Positions 1 to 12,493 of a DNA stretch of 54,783 nucleotides are shown one piece after another. The notes under the pieces are model-generated. The model saw only the letters and a program-made list of their open reading frames with translations. It had not been told where the DNA came from and made no database searches. Origin of the DNA: Nemertoderma westbladi (lineage: Eukaryota; Animalia; Xenacoelomorpha); contig JAUCBJ010000136.1 in NCBI GenBank assembly GCA_032718475.1, forward strand, positions 1-54,783, given 5' to 3'. A program made the position numbers and the translations under genes. The first letter of the stretch is position 1; each line of letters begins with the position of its first letter.

Positions 1-650
1 AAGTTAACTATTATTACCTATACTACACAGATCCTTCCGGGTCTGACATACCTGACATTGCCGTCGGTGTAAGTCCCCCCCCCCCCCCCCCCACATTACA
101 GTCGGAGCAATAACACACAGCTCATCACGATGTCCTACAACATTTCAGCTTGTAATTATTCGTTTTTTAATCAATCATTTTAAATGGCATCTAAAAACAT
201 ATCTTATTATCTTTAATTTTTTAAATTACCAGATGGTTCCGTATAGCAACGAATTAAAACATATCTGTCAGTCAGTCACCATGACCTGACCTGACCTGAT
301 TAGTCAGGTCAGGTCCCCAGATCCTGCTACCACTATGGCAGTAATGTGGTACTACCTGTAGCTGTCAGCCCAGTAGGGCAGGCTCGATAAGCATAGCCTA
401 TTCATTATTTAGTTATCAAGAGTGGGTTGGTTTTAGCACCTTTTAGGCCTGACGTGCATTCCCTTATTTGATTACCAACTATAGATTGTTACAACTGTTT
501 ACATTGTTAAAATTGTTACTGCTGTACTGCTGTACTGCTGTACTGTACCGCATATCATATTGAGTAATTGCATTGCTGTATTGACTATTTTGGTGTTTGC
601 CGGTCTACTAGCTATTGATCGATCTGGCACACTTAAGCCAGTTCGCTTCG

Positions 651-1742
651 ATGGGGGAGAGCAATGTAATCCTTGACCATGTCCTCTGCTTTGCTTGGCA
701 GAGAGTACATAAAGGCGCTGTTTTTGACGATGTTGTCGACTCCATGACCTGCTGGCCCTCGTTTAAAACGCCGGACATCGAAAACGCGAGATCATCCGTT
801 CTATCACTCATTTCCGATAGAGATGTGACTAAGAAATTTGCTACGAAATACAATGGTGATAATAAGCGCAAAAAATATATTTGCGATATCCTCTCGATTT
901 TTGAACTCCAAGCATTTAAGAACCTCGATCCTCGCCCTCAATTTGTAGTGGAGGACTTTACTCTTCTGCCGCCAGTTAACCCAGCAGCTTCTACCTTATC
1001 GCAGCTAGTGCAGGAAATGGGGGCGCTCAAAGACCGCGTTGCCTGCCTTGAGCATGGCAATAAAGTGATGGTTAGTTCCCGTTCCTTTGCCGAGGTTTCA
1101 ACTCCGGCTCCCGTTGGCAACCAGACCTCGCTTGGCCCCGATTCCAGTTCGAATCAATCACGTAACAGGCGGCAGCCGCCGAAACAAGTTAAGATGGTAA
1201 ACCGAGATCTATCGAATGGAGCACCTGCACACCAACCAGCACCGATCGATGACACTCAGGAAATTATAACGGTGGAAGACACGGGTACTGACGACGGGAT
1301 GACAACAGTTGGCCGTAATGGTCGACCTCTACGTTTCACCTCTCGCCCCCAGCCCCAGCCACACCGTCCAAAGGCAGTTATAGGCACCGGTACTACATCG
1401 GGGCTTAAATCGGTACCCCGTCGATCCTACATTTTCGTTTCCCGTTTGGACTTAGGTGAATCAACTGAACGACTGTGTCAATTCGTTAAATCTGCATTCG
1501 AGGTTGATGTAACCTGTGATGAAGTGCAGACAAGGGCCACCGAGTATAAATCGTTCAAGCTTGGCTGCTCGCATGAAACCGCAGCAATTCTAAAGGATGA
1601 AGGTAATTGCGGGAAGTGGCCATCCGGCATGGTTATCCGAGAATGGACTGGCGGCCACAGAAATCCTTCCGTCCCTGCCAAGCTTCCGCCGATATCTTTG
1701 TCTACTGCTGGGGTCGCTGGCGAAGCATCTAACACTCAATAA
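651..1742 (+). CDS. ORF1 protein of a non-LTR retrotransposon
   Basis: Long ORF (track start 615 is TTG, first ATG 651) ending 3 nt before an APE-RT ORF. C-terminal 'YIFVSRL...SFKL...WPSGMVIREW' resembles the RRM-like end of LINE ORF1 proteins. Confidence 0.8.
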   Translation: MGESNVILDHVLCFAWQRVHKGAVFDDVVDSMTCWPSFKTPDIENARSSVLSLISDRDVTKKFATKYNGDNKRKKYICDILSIFELQAFKNLDPRPQFVVEDFTLLPPVNPAASTLSQLVQEMGALKDRVACLEHGNKVMVSSRSFAEVSTPAPVGNQTSLGPDSSSNQSRNRRQPPKQVKMVNRDLSNGAPAHQPAPIDDTQEIITVEDTGTDDGMTTVGRNGRPLRFTSRPQPQPHRPKAVIGTGTTSGLKSVPRRSYIFVSRLDLGESTERLCQFVKSAFEVDVTCDEVQTRATEYKSFKLGCSHETAAILKDEGNCGKWPSGMVIREWTGGHRNPSVPAKLPPISLSTAGVAGEASNTQ

Positions 1743-1745
1743 TCA

Positions 1746-4700
1746 ATGCGAATCGCGACCTATAACGCAAACTCCGTTCGGACTCTATCAAGTAGATACG
1801 TGATTTCTGAACTCGCGAAGGCTAACGATATAATTTTATTACAAGAAACTCTCCTTACCAAACAGGACTTGGGGATTCTCGATACACTATCCATTAATCA
1901 TTACGGGCGAGGCTCCTCTCCTGTTGACTTGGAATCCGATATCCTTATCGGAAGGCCACACGGTGGCCTCGGAGTCCTATGGAATAAAAGCTTCGGTGAT
2001 GATTGTATTGAAATTGTTGATAAATCTGACCCTCGTCTAATGATAATTAAAGTTACTCCGCCTGGTACCGGTGAGGAGTTTTATATAATTAATGCATACT
2101 TACCTTATGAGTGTGCCGATAACGCTGACGATTATCTCGATTATTTAGCCAAGATAGTTACCATTGCGGAGACTCTAGATAACAATAATGTATGCATACT
2201 AGGGGATCTCAACGCTCACCCAAGTCGTCCATTTTTTCGTGAGCTCTCTAATACCTGTATGGAGTCAGGTCTCATGATACTGGACACACTCATGTTACCC
2301 TCGGAATCATTTACCTTCGTTGGAGCAGCCCAAGGATCTACTTCATGGCTGGATCACTGCGTCTGCACCGGGTCGATGAAACATAGAATAACAGATATAG
2401 TAATAAACTACTCACTAGTATTCGACGACCATTTACCAATGTGTGTTGAAATAAACTGTGAACGTATCATCCCCCTGGACAAACTGGAGCCGTCGATTCC
2501 GATTCCATTTACTCGACCACTCTGGAACTCAGCATCAGCGTTTAAACTCGGCTGCTACTCAGCTTCTACCGACACCGAACTGGCTAAAATTATTATACCA
2601 CATGAAGCCCTATCCTGTAGGGACCCATCTTGCAATAATCCAACTCATAAGGGTGAGTTAAACTCGTTATATAATGGAGTTGTGTCTGCTCTACATTCAT
2701 CAGTAACGGGTAATATCCCAGTTAGTATCCCGAAACCTGCCTGTAGTCCAACCCAAACATCTGTTCCTGGGTGGAATGACCAGGTGAGCCACCTCCATCG
2801 CATGGCCCGCTGTAGTTTCCTCGACTGGCGTGCGAACGGTAGCCCCCGGAACGGCCCACTGTTCCACTTAATGTGCTCAACGAGGGCACAATTTAAACGT
2901 CAGCTGCGCCTTATTAAACGTACCTCCGAAACAATTCGCTGCGATAAGTTAGCGGAAGGCCTATTGGATAAAAACTGTTATAAGTTCTGGCAAAATGTCA
3001 AGAAGGACAACACGATAAAGTCCCCTCCAGCGACTACAATCGGTGGAGCATCTGGCACTCAGAACATTGCTAACATGTGGGAACTCCATTATCGCACTAT
3101 ATTTAATTCGGCAACAACTCCGGTGCCCGCGCCCCCTGCGGCTTCGGTGCCCACCTGGATGCCCCCTGCAGCTTCGGTGCCCACCTGGGTGCCCCCCTCG
3201 ACTTCGCTTCCCACCTCGGCGCCCCCTGCGGCTTCGGTGCCCACCTGGGCGCCCCCTGCGGCTTCGGTGCCCACCTGGGCGCCCCCTGCGGCTTCGGTGC
3301 CCACCTGGGCGCCCCCTGTGGCTTCGGTGCCCACCTGGGCGCCCCCTGCGGCTTCGGTGCCCACCTGGGTGCCCCCCTCGACTTCGCTTCCCACCTCGGC
3401 GCCCCCTGCGGCTTCGGTGCCCACCTGGGCGCCCCCTGCGGCTTCGGTGCCCACCTGGGCGCCCCCTGCGGCTTCGGTGCCCACCTGGGCGCCCCCTGCG
3501 GCTTCGGTGCCCACCTGGGCGCCCCCTGCGGATTCAGAACCCACCTGGGCGCCCCCCTCGACTTCGGTGCCCACCGGGACGCCCCCATCGGGTTCAGTGC
3601 CCCCGCCTGCGCCCACTTCGGCTTCGATACCAACCTCAACCTGGGCGAATCCGCTGGGTGCGGTTCCCACCTGGCTGCCCACTTCGACATCGGAGCCCCC
3701 TTCGGTGTCTCCGACGGTTACCACACCATCGCTGGTGCCCCCTACGGTGCCCCCAACGATACCTAATTCCGATCCGCATGTGCACCCTTCAGTACCTCCA
3801 CCGATAGCTGAGGCAGTGTACTTAAAAGAGATTCTCTTTTCCGAGGATATGGTAGTTTCGCCAAACGAAATTGCTGAGCTCATTCGGAAGTTGGATAGAA
3901 ATAAAGCGTCCGGTCCTGACAACCTAACCGCGGAACATATTTTTTATGCCAGTAAACGGATTATGGTGCTTTTTTCATTAATTTTTACCGGTTTTAATAT
4001 TCATGGTTTTTTATCTCCTAGTATGATATCGTCTTATATATCACCGGTAATTAAAGATAAAACCGGTGATACTACAGACAAGAGTAATTACCGTCCTATT
4101 GCGGTTTCAAATATAATATGTAAAATATACGAATTGTTCATTTTAAGGCGAATTGATTGCTTACTGGCTACAACAGATAACCAATTCGGTTTCAAAGACA
4201 AACTAGGGACTGAACTTTGTGTCTATACGCTAAAAGAGATTATTAATTATTACTTAATTAATGGTTCTAATTTGTATATATCCTTCTTAGATGCTTCCAA
4301 AGCATTCGACAATGTAGATCATTCTAAATTATTTTCTAGATTATTTGAACGTAAAGTACCGATTTTTATTATTAGGGTTATTATCTTCATGTATTCAAAT
4401 CAAACCATGATCGTGCTATGGAACGGTTTTAAATCCTTACCATTCACATGCTCCAATGGAGTCAGACAGGGTAGCCCGCTTAGCCCTAAATTTTTTAATT
4501 TGTTTATTAATCAACTAAGTATTGATCTTTGTAAATCTGAACTTGGATGTTCCTTAAACGATATGTGCATTAACCATTTAATATATGCTGATGATATCTG
4601 TATCATTGCCTCTACACCTATTGCTCTACAAGAGATCATTGACATTTGTAGCAAGTTTGCATCTGCTAACGGTATGAAATTTAATGGTGCTAAATCAAAG

Positions 4701-5264
4701 TGCGTTTTTATGCGCAGTAAGATGCGAAAACATTTTGATTTCGCGTCGATAATCTTGGACGGAAAACCACTTAAAGTCGTGGAGAGCTTTAAGTATTTAG
4801 GACATATTATATCAAGTGATTTTTCTGATGACCTCGATATTGGTGCACAGACGCGTCGTTTTTATGGACGGGCTAACATGTTAATACGTAAGTTTGCCAA
4901 TTGCTCGAATCATATCAAGTTACTTCTTTATACTACATATTGCTCAACTATTTATTGTAATGCTCTCTGGTCTAAAATATATTATACGAAATCTGTTTTT
5001 AATAAGTTGCATACCGCCATAAACAAAACAGTCAGAAATTTATTTCGTTTACCTTTATTTAATGTTGAAACTGGTTTGCCTAACAGCGCCAGTGCTATGC
5101 TTGTTAATCTAGGTATTAAATCACTTATTGAAATACATAGACATGCTCTATGTAGTTTGCATATACGTGTTGATAAATCTATAAACTCAATTATCTCTAC
5201 TGTTCGCTTGGTGTGTCGCCCAGTCTCAGTATTATATAGTAACTTCATAACATTATGTAGATAG
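1746..5264 (+). CDS. LINE ORF2: apurinic-like endonuclease + reverse transcriptase, intact, with Pro-rich repeat insert
   Basis: APE motifs TYNANS, LLQET, GDLNAH, LDH, DDHLP. RT motifs [39 protein letters not shown]. No stops over 1172 aa. Confidence 0.95.
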   Translation: MRIATYNANSVRTLSSRYVISELAKANDIILLQETLLTKQDLGILDTLSINHYGRGSSPVDLESDILIGRPHGGLGVLWNKSFGDDCIEIVDKSDPRLMIIKVTPPGTGEEFYIINAYLPYECADNADDYLDYLAKIVTIAETLDNNNVCILGDLNAHPSRPFFRELSNTCMESGLMILDTLMLPSESFTFVGAAQGSTSWLDHCVCTGSMKHRITDIVINYSLVFDDHLPMCVEINCERIIPLDKLEPSIPIPFTRPLWNSASAFKLGCYSASTDTELAKIIIPHEALSCRDPSCNNPTHKGELNSLYNGVVSALHSSVTGNIPVSIPKPACSPTQTSVPGWNDQVSHLHRMARCSFLDWRANGSPRNGPLFHLMCSTRAQFKRQLRLIKRTSETIRCDKLAEGLLDKNCYKFWQNVKKDNTIKSPPATTIGGASGTQNIANMWELHYRTIFNSATTPVPAPPAASVPTWMPPAASVPTWVPPSTSLPTSAPPAASVPTWAPPAASVPTWAPPAASVPTWAPPVASVPTWAPPAASVPTWVPPSTSLPTSAPPAASVPTWAPPAASVPTWAPPAASVPTWAPPAASVPTWAPPADSEPTWAPPSTSVPTGTPPSGSVPPPAPTSASIPTSTWANPLGAVPTWLPTSTSEPPSVSPTVTTPSLVPPTVPPTIPNSDPHVHPSVPPPIAEAVYLKEILFSEDMVVSPNEIAELIRKLDRNKASGPDNLTAEHIFYASKRIMVLFSLIFTGFNIHGFLSPSMISSYISPVIKDKTGDTTDKSNYRPIAVSNIICKIYELFILRRIDCLLATTDNQFGFKDKLGTELCVYTLKEIINYYLINGSNLYISFLDASKAFDNVDHSKLFSRLFERKVPIFIIRVIIFMYSNQTMIVLWNGFKSLPFTCSNGVRQGSPLSPKFFNLFINQLSIDLCKSELGCSLNDMCINHLIYADDICIIASTPIALQEIIDICSKFASANGMKFNGAKSKCVFMRSKMRKHFDFASIILDGKPLKVVESFKYLGHIISSDFSDDLDIGAQTRRFYGRANMLIRKFANCSNHIKLLLYTTYCSTIYCNALWSKIYYTKSVFNKLHTAINKTVRNLFRLPLFNVETGLPNSASAMLVNLGIKSLIEIHRHALCSLHIRVDKSINSIISTVRLVCRPVSVLYSNFITLCR
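3131..3760 (+). repeat. 30-bp coding minisatellite (GCCCCCTGCGGCTTCGGTGCCCACCTGGGC) encoding [10 protein letters not shown] repeats
   Basis: About 15 near-perfect units 3131-3580, then degenerate units. A variant unit recurs at 3191 and 3371 (180-bp higher-order duplication). Confidence 0.95.
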
Positions 5265-5409
5265 TCCAATTACTAATTTAACTTATTTTATTTTACGTCC
5301 TAATTAAATTTTACTAAACTATAATACTATGTGCTAAATATTAATATATATCTTATCTTTTACTGTACCATATGGCTGCAATATGCTGAAATAAAGAAGA
5401 TTATATTAG

Positions 5410-8400
5410 CCCCGTCAACTAAATAAGTCATTGAGGGCTATAGCGCCTAGGGCACCATTGATGGCAAAGGCTTGATACGCATCTGCAATAGAGATGATAC
5501 ACGCCCCGCCCTGTCTATACTGGATGCTCCTCTACCAGTGTTCGGTAACCTAACCCAGGAGGCACACTTGGTTCAAGGTGTAACAAAGGGACCCTTACAG
5601 TCGGCAGCAGGGCTGTAGGCCATGGATAGGCGGAAGGTATTCAACCAACGGCTAGACATGCTGAAAAGGTCGGCGGCGGAAAGTAATAAACCAACGGCGA
5701 CCTACTGCGAAGACGCTTGTAGGAGTTGCGACCACAAGCGGTTTACTCTCGCAACTGAAAGATATGAGTATGAGAACCCTCCAGGAGAAATACCGGCTCG
5801 GTCGTCGCTCGGGTCAACGAGGACCGCGTCCCTCAGTGGTACACCAGGCTGGGGTCGATAAATTGGCTACTGGAACAGAAGACCGAGAAGAAAGAAGAAC
5901 CAACCTGTTGAAATGTAAAAAGACACTAAAAATTGCTACAATGAACGCACGCACACTGAAAGTACATAGCAAACAGGGTGACATGGTCGCTCTGGCAATG
6001 GAATATAACATCGACATCATCTGCATCCAAGAACATCGGATTTGTCATGAAGACACTGCCATGAAGTACAATGACATTGGAAATGGATGGACGTTAGTAA
6101 CAAGCTCAGCAGTAAGAAACTCGGCCAATGCATCAATTGGTGGAGTAGGAATTCTGCTAAGCCCATTTGTACTTAAGACACTAAACAACATCGAATCTAT
6201 AAATTCCAGGGTTATGATCGCAACATTTGATGGGAATCCCAAGGCAACAGTTATATGTTGCTACAGTCCAACCAATGCTTCAGAGCAAGAACAAGCAGTC
6301 AAGTTTTATGAAGAACTGACTGGTCTTATAAAGGACATTCCGAAACACAATGTTAAAGTCATTGCTGGTGACCTGAATGCGCAAATTGGCCCAGAAAACA
6401 TCACCTATAACACCAGTTCTAACATAAATGGGTACTTACTTTTAGACCTAATGGAAGAATGTGAATTGATACCAACAGACAACACATTCGAAAAGAGTAA
6501 GGGGAAGCTATGGACCTTTCAATACCCTAATGGAACCAAAGCACAACTGGAGTACATCCTTATAAACAAAAAGTGGAGAAACAGCATGATCAACTGCGAG
6601 GCATACAGCTCGTTCGACCTAATTGGTTCGGACCACAGAATTGTGACTGCAGAGATCAGACTCAGTTTGAGAGCCAGCAAACCCAGGACAAGCAAGCAAA
6701 TCAAATATGACTGGTTGAAACTCAGAACTGACAATGCTGTAAAGGATGCTTACACGGTAGAAGTTCAAAACCACTTTGAAGTACTTCAGTCAATGGATGA
6801 AGACCAATCCACGGATTCAATATACGGGAATATAATAACAGCCCACAAGGAATCAGCTAAGAGGCATATCCCCCAGAAATCCAAACGAAAACAGTATGTG
6901 CCATGGCAAAACTCTGAGGTTTCTTGTCAGAGAGAAGATCTTAAGATAGCCTACAAAGTTAAAACCGAACAACTAACAACATATAACATTAACAAGGTTG
7001 AGAAAGCTAAGGACGATCTTAAATTGGCCTACAACATCAGCCAGGAAAAGTACATACTGGATAAAATTGAAGCAATTACAACTGCTCACATACAGCAACA
7101 ATCAAGACTTACCTGGCAATCTGTAAATTATGTATCTGGTCGGAAAAGTTGTGTAAAGGGACGCCTAAAAGCCGATAGCCCTGAAGAACATGTTGGGAAG
7201 TGGAAAAATCACTTCATCAACTTGCTTGGGCAGCCACCAAACATCGAGGTCAGCCCTACAAGGAAAATATATGATATATGACAAGACACTACCTATAGAA
7301 ACAGGGGACTTCACACCTGCCAAACTCCAAAGAAGCATTAAAAGCATGTCCAATAATAAAGCGAGTGGATTAGATGAAATCCCAGCGGAGTTATGGAAAA
7401 CCGGAGTGCTAAACAGACCATTATTAAATGTTTGCAACCGGATGCTGGAAGGAGAAAAGCCACCACCAATTTGGACTAAAGGTCAACTAAAGCCTCTCCC
7501 CAAGAAAGGAGACCTCGGCATACCAAAAAACTATCGTGGGATCTGTCTGCTTGTGGTAGCTGCCAAAATATACAATAAAATGATTCTATATAGGATAGGC
7601 CTTACATAGAGAAACTACTGCGTAAGAGCCAAAACGGATTTCGACCAAGTAGATCAACAATAGCTCAGATACTTGCACTACGGAGACTGATTGAAGGAAT
7701 TAAGTCAAAGAATCTCCCCGCAGTCATGACTTTTGTGGACTTCAAGAAGGCATTCGACTCCATCCATAGAGGTAAAATGTTTGAAATCCTAAGAGCTTAT
7801 GGAATACCAGAAGTAATTGTTGCTGGTATTGGATTGTTATAATGTGATACAGAAGCGCAGGTACTCTCACCAGATGGTGAAACTGTGTTTTTCTCAATCC
7901 TGGCTGGAGTACTGCAAGGTGACACATTAGCACCATTACTATTTGTAATTGTGCTGGATTACGCAATGAGGACGGCCACAAAGGGTGAAGATCTGGGATT
8001 CACACTTCAAGAACGCAGAAGTAGTAGATATCCGGCAACTACAGTCACAGACACCGACTTTGCGGATGCCATCGCCCTGCTCTCTAATACGCTAGCAGAT
8101 GCACAGCTCCTACTAAATAAAGTGGAGAGGGCTGCTAAGGAGGTTGGATTGCATATAAATGCTACCAAGGCCGAATTCATGACCTTTAATGTTGATGGAA
8201 ACTTGACAACCATTGATAATAATCAACTAAGGAAGGGGTGGGGAAGGGGTCGACGACTTCCAGTACCTTGGATCATGGATAGAGATTAGCAAAAAGGACA
8301 TAGAAGTTAGGAAAGCAAAGGCTTGGGCAGCTCTATCAATAATGGATACCATCTGGAAATCAGATCTCTCCAGGCACCTGAAGACTAAATTCTTTCAAGC

Positions 8401-8684
8401 CACAGTGGAAAGTGTATTTTTATACGGGTGTGAGACCTGGACACTGACTAAATCCCTTGAACAACGAATTGATGGTTGCTACACAAGACTACTAAGGGCA
8501 GCCCTAAACATCAGCTGGAGACAGCACATGACAAATGCCGAGTTTATGGTACAATACCACCTGTATCAACCACTCTCCGTGAACGCAGGTTAAGATTCAG
8601 TGGGCACTGCTGGCGAAGAAAAGGTCATACCAGATCTACTTCTCTGGCAACCAACTCATGGAAAGCGTAGTTGTGGACGACCGG
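5410..8684 (+). pseudogene. Decayed RTE-clade LINE (endonuclease-RT in several frameshifted pieces: 5764-7281, ~7270-7609, ~7600-7840, 7885-8260, 8342-8680)
   Basis: APE motifs TMNARTL, IQEHR, YSPT, GDLNA, SDH. RT motifs NYRGI, FVDFKKAFDS, GVLQGDTLAP, YGCETWTL and C-terminal GRP. Catalytic FADD reads FADA; several frameshifts and stops. Confidence 0.9.
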
Positions 8685-9740
8685 CATTGCCGGATTAAGC
8701 CTAAGCCTCTGGTGGCCCTAAGGCACATTTTAGTAATTTCTAAAAATGGCCCGAAAATTGATATTTTTCCGCAAACCCTTTCAAAAGAAAATGCTGCTAA
8801 AAACAACTGAAATTGTTGCGAAGGAAATATAAAGTATTTTCATTGGATGACTGCTTGCAAATAAGTACTAAGTACTTTAATAATAAGTACTTTGCAAAAA
8901 TAGTTTTCATCAAGAATTGTAACATTACTAAACGGCATATTATGCTATTCCTATAAAACCTTTGCTATAAAAAGTGTAATGCTTTTGGTAGAATTTCAAG
9001 TTTTAATATTTAATATATTAATGGGACCATTACCCCAAATCTATTTGTTTTATTTATAAAGTTACTATTCTGAAACTTTAACACAATGATCTGTGATCTT
9101 TTATATACTATTAAATAGATAGCTTTCATAAACTCTTTGTTCGAAAAATATGGCACTTTTTGAGCAGGTCGGTTTTTTTCAAAAATTCTATAAATTGTGA
9201 GGCATTTATATGTAAATTAGCTCATGTTTAAAGATCTGTAATACCACCTGCATTAAAATTCTTGGCCCAAGACTTTGGTAAAATGGACCTAGATACTGTA
9301 TGTAGTCTATCTTCTATGAAAACCTTAAAACAATTTTATTAGCACAAAATTATTGTTTTTGAAAAATTTATGGGGGTTTTAGTATATCTGGGCTATATTT
9401 TGGGAATCAAATATTTTGTGATAGACAAAGTGTAGCAGTTACACAATCGGTCCTAGAATATCCAAATGGCCATGTTTTACAAAGCCAACGATAGTAGTCC
9501 TAAAGCAGCTGAACATTTTGGTATATTTTTGATGGCAATTGAGTAAAAAATAAAATAGTAGTAGGGAATTTAGTGATGAAAAAAGTCAATATTGACAAAC
9601 TGATAAAAAGTTTTTTTATACATAGAGAGTCATAAAATCAGCAATATATTATGTTGTTGAAAAGAGCTGTTTTGAGGTAAAAAAATAATTCAATGTTGAA
9701 AACCGGTATCACCTTATGAAAGTGTAAAAGCTTTTGTGGG
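8685..9740. mobile_element. Probable remnant of a non-autonomous DNA element truncating the RTE 3' end
   Basis: RTE homology stops abruptly after the GRP codons. The new sequence starts CATTGCCGGATTAAG...GGCCCTAAGGC, similar to common CAGGGCCGGATT-type MITE ends. No matching right end seen. Confidence 0.35.
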
Positions 9741-9826
9741 ATATTGTTGATATATCTTAATAATAATTTGATATTGATATTTATATTATATTGTATTGTA
9801 TTGTTGATATATCTTAATAATAATAA

Positions 9827-10507
9827 ATGGCTGACTTTAATTCAGGTCCATATAATTTAAACTTTCAAATGGGTACAAGTATGATAATTTCAGGGCCATC
9901 TGGTTCCGGAAAGTCAACCTTTGTAAGCAATTTAATTAAACACAAGAATGGTTGTTTCAACGAAGCCCCCTTGCGAGTATTGTATTGTTACGGGAGCAAT
10001 CCCCCGACTATTCCCGGTATTACTCACCTTTACAAAGGCTTGCCCGAAAATATAGATAGTTTAGTGAATAGTCGAGATTTATTAATTATAGATGATTTGT
10101 TAACAGAAACTGAGTCCAGTACAGCATTAACTGTATTGTTTACTAAGGTAGCTCATCATTCCAATATATTTATTTGTTTTATAACGCAAAACATGTTTTA
10201 CGGCGGGAAGCATAACCGTACAAGATCAATTAATAGCCATACTTTAGTATTAATGAAAAATCTGAGAGACAGTCTATCGGTTTTAAATTTCGCGAAGCAG
10301 ATGTTACCAGGACAGACCAAATTTTTAGTTGATTCCTATCAAGATGCGACAATTCAACCATTTTCACATTTCTTAATTGATTTACGACAGGAAACACCCG
10401 AACATTTAAGATTTAGATCGGATATATTTCGTAATCATAATTGTTACATTAAAAATTACATTGACTATAAACGTAGCGAAAATAATAATAATAATAATGA
10501 TAAATAA
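9827..10507 (+). CDS. Polinton genome-packaging ATPase (A32/FtsK-like)
   Basis: Walker A GPSGSGKS, Walker B LLIIDD, then HH.NI..FITQN, RTRSINS, 'LIDL...PEHLRFRS' as in Polinton ATPases. Confidence 0.92.
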   Translation: MADFNSGPYNLNFQMGTSMIISGPSGSGKSTFVSNLIKHKNGCFNEAPLRVLYCYGSNPPTIPGITHLYKGLPENIDSLVNSRDLLIIDDLLTETESSTALTVLFTKVAHHSNIFICFITQNMFYGGKHNRTRSINSHTLVLMKNLRDSLSVLNFAKQMLPGQTKFLVDSYQDATIQPFSHFLIDLRQETPEHLRFRSDIFRNHNCYIKNYIDYKRSENNNNNNDK

Positions 10508-10544
10508 TTAATATTTTGTAACAATTTTCAATAATGTTGCAACA

Positions 10545-10928
10545 ATGAATAGACTTGTGCAGAAATATCGTAACGAACTGGAATTTCTACGCAGCGCTAC
10601 CCCTCAACAAAGAACTTATTTTATTAACCATACCGCGAGTAACGAATTAATACGGCTCATTGTAAATACTGTATTAAATGTTCTAAAAGGTAACGTACAA
10701 TTAACCCCTCATTCATTTAGAAATATTCGCCGCTATAAGAAGGTATTGAAATCACTCAACCGTAAAACAAAAAATATATCAAGTTACAGAAAAAAGTTAA
10801 GCAATCAATCTGGAGGCATACTACCGTTTCTAATACCCTTACTTGGCATTGGTGCGAAACTCGCCGCGAGTGCCGGTGCCGCTGCCGCTGGAGCGGCTAT
10901 TGCGAAAAAAATTAACCGTGGACGGTAA
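10545..10928 (+). CDS. Basic virion protein with adenovirus pX/Mu-like C-terminus
   Basis: Basic N-terminal part, then QSGG-ILPFLIPLLG plus Ala-rich tail, resembling adenoviral pX 'MRGGILPLLIPLIAAA'. Confidence 0.65.
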   Translation: MNRLVQKYRNELEFLRSATPQQRTYFINHTASNELIRLIVNTVLNVLKGNVQLTPHSFRNIRRYKKVLKSLNRKTKNISSYRKKLSNQSGGILPFLIPLLGIGAKLAASAGAAAAGAAIAKKINRGR

Positions 10929-10930
10929 TA

Positions 10931-11101
10931 ATGGTTAAAACAGGAGTAACATTTAGAAAATTATATTTAGTATCGAGTAAACCGTTAGCTGTTGATTTAA
11001 AACCTCAAGATATACCTAGAGTAAATACTACAAAAAGAAAACCCTTCAAAACATCAACTTCAAAGAAAATAATTAAAAAATTTCAGTTGTTCTTACGGTG
11101 A
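10931..11101 (+). CDS. Small basic ORF (56 aa, MVKTGVTFRKLYLV...) between pX-like gene and integrase
   Basis: ATG 2 nt after the previous stop, fills the gap to the integrase. Translated by hand; below the track threshold. Confidence 0.4.
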   Translation: MVKTGVTFRKLYLVSSKPLAVDLKPQDIPRVNTTKRKPFKTSTSKKIIKKFQLFLR

Positions 11102-11152
11102 TGCCCTTTATAAGAGATTTGAATATACATATTACTTGCGGTTGTCGAAAAG

Positions 11153-12241
11153 ATGCCTCGCAAGATGAAACCGATTTTAAGCCGAAGCTTAGACAAAAAA
11201 CTGTTAAGAATTTATTTAGATCCATCATCCCCCGCGGGTTTTGCAAGTGTTGCAAAATTAGCAAAAGCTGCAAACATCAAAGCAGCCCAAGCCCAGAAAT
11301 GGTTGAGCGGGCAAAAGACATACACCCTTCACGCTCCACGTAGACATCATTATCCAACATCTAAAATATTTACGGGAGGCATAAAAGATATATATATGAT
11401 AGATTTGGTGGATATGCAGCAATATAAGTCGCAAAATAATAATTATAACTATATATTAACATGTATTGATGCCTTTAGCAGGCTTGCTTTTGGCTATGGT
11501 ATGAAAACAAAAAAGGGTGTTGAAATTATTAGTATATTGCAAAAAATATTCCAGAAAGGAAAACCAAACAGAATCGCCACGGATCAAGGTTCTGAGCTTC
11601 TAAATAAATCTGTAAGGAAATATTTAGATACGTTAGGTATACAGTATTACGTAATGTATTCTGTGAATAAGGCGGCTATTGTCGAGAGATTCAATAGAAC
11701 ATTAAAAACAAAGATGTTCAAAATTTTTACACAACAAGGAAATAATGTTTGGATTAAAATTTTACCTAAGCTTATCTCGGCTTATAATAGGTCATATCAT
11801 AGGACAATAAAAATGACACCTATTGAAGTTAATAAATTTAATGAAACTGAATTAATGAATAGATTATATGGGAAATATAGACAGATTAATCATAAGAAAA
11901 TAAAATTTAAAGTTGGAGATACAGTACGATTATCTATCGCTCGTACTGCTTTAGCTAAAGGCTATCGTGAACAATGGACACGTGAATTATTTATTATTCA
12001 TCGTGTCAGGTTGGATAGAGTACCTGCTGTAATGTTCGATATTAAGGACAGCGCTGGAGCTATAATAAAGGGCTCATTTTATTCTCACGAACTCCAAAAG
12101 GTCCACCCGAATAGTAATATTTATCTAGCAATTGATAAAAATATTGGCAAACTTAAAGAACGTGTTCGCAATGGGAAGAAAGAATATTTAGTCCGATTCA
12201 TCGGATCCAAGAAACAGTCGTGGGTACAGCATATTCAATAA
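11153..12241 (+). CDS. Polinton retroviral-like (rve) DDE integrase with C-terminal chromodomain-like remnant
   Basis: YTLH, IDLVDM, CIDAFSR, TDQGSE, KAAIVERFNRTLK, YN..YHRTIKMTP, FKVGD.VR, KGY...WT.E, YLVRF.G....SWV. Confidence 0.95.
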   Translation: MPRKMKPILSRSLDKKLLRIYLDPSSPAGFASVAKLAKAANIKAAQAQKWLSGQKTYTLHAPRRHHYPTSKIFTGGIKDIYMIDLVDMQQYKSQNNNYNYILTCIDAFSRLAFGYGMKTKKGVEIISILQKIFQKGKPNRIATDQGSELLNKSVRKYLDTLGIQYYVMYSVNKAAIVERFNRTLKTKMFKIFTQQGNNVWIKILPKLISAYNRSYHRTIKMTPIEVNKFNETELMNRLYGKYRQINHKKIKFKVGDTVRLSIARTALAKGYREQWTRELFIIHRVRLDRVPAVMFDIKDSAGAIIKGSFYSHELQKVHPNSNIYLAIDKNIGKLKERVRNGKKEYLVRFIGSKKQSWVQHIQ

Positions 12242-12493
12242 GCTTAGGTTTATACTGTATATTAATTCATTTTGGTCGCATATGACCGTAATTAATCAAT
12301 ATTAACTCGAATGATATTACTATATCTATAGTTCATCCGCTTTAAATAAAGCCAATAAAATATTGATCCCGCGCATATACTGTAGAAGATGCACGACAAT
12401 GAACGTGGTCACAGATGTCTATAATTTAACATTATACTGTATGTACAATGGAGTCAAGTAGAGAGAGAGAGAGCTTAAATAATAATAATAATA

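Larger units (their letters stand above)
410..5408 (+). mobile_element. Apparently full-length two-ORF non-LTR retrotransposon (clade uncertain: L2/CR1/RTEX-like)
   Basis: ORF1+ORF2 in tandem, short AT-rich 3' UTR with AATAAA near 5389-5395. 5' boundary approximate; no TSD identified. Confidence 0.8.

Noticed and set aside
3043-3922. Alternative-frame ORFs (254, 277, 195 aa) over the LINE repeat
   Set aside because: By-products of a stop-free GC-rich 30-bp repeat inside ORF2.
5410-5760. Self-cleaving ribozyme (HDV-like or hammerhead) in the RTE 5' UTR
   Set aside because: Some stems are present (AGGTCG/CGACCT) but I could not build a complete catalytic core by eye. An Infernal/RNAMotif search would be needed.
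9557-9580. AGTAGTAGGG as the Polinton left terminus
   Set aside because: Only AGTAGTA matches the right end (AGTAGTATATATTAC on minus). Flanks TAAAAT versus AATATC give no TSD.
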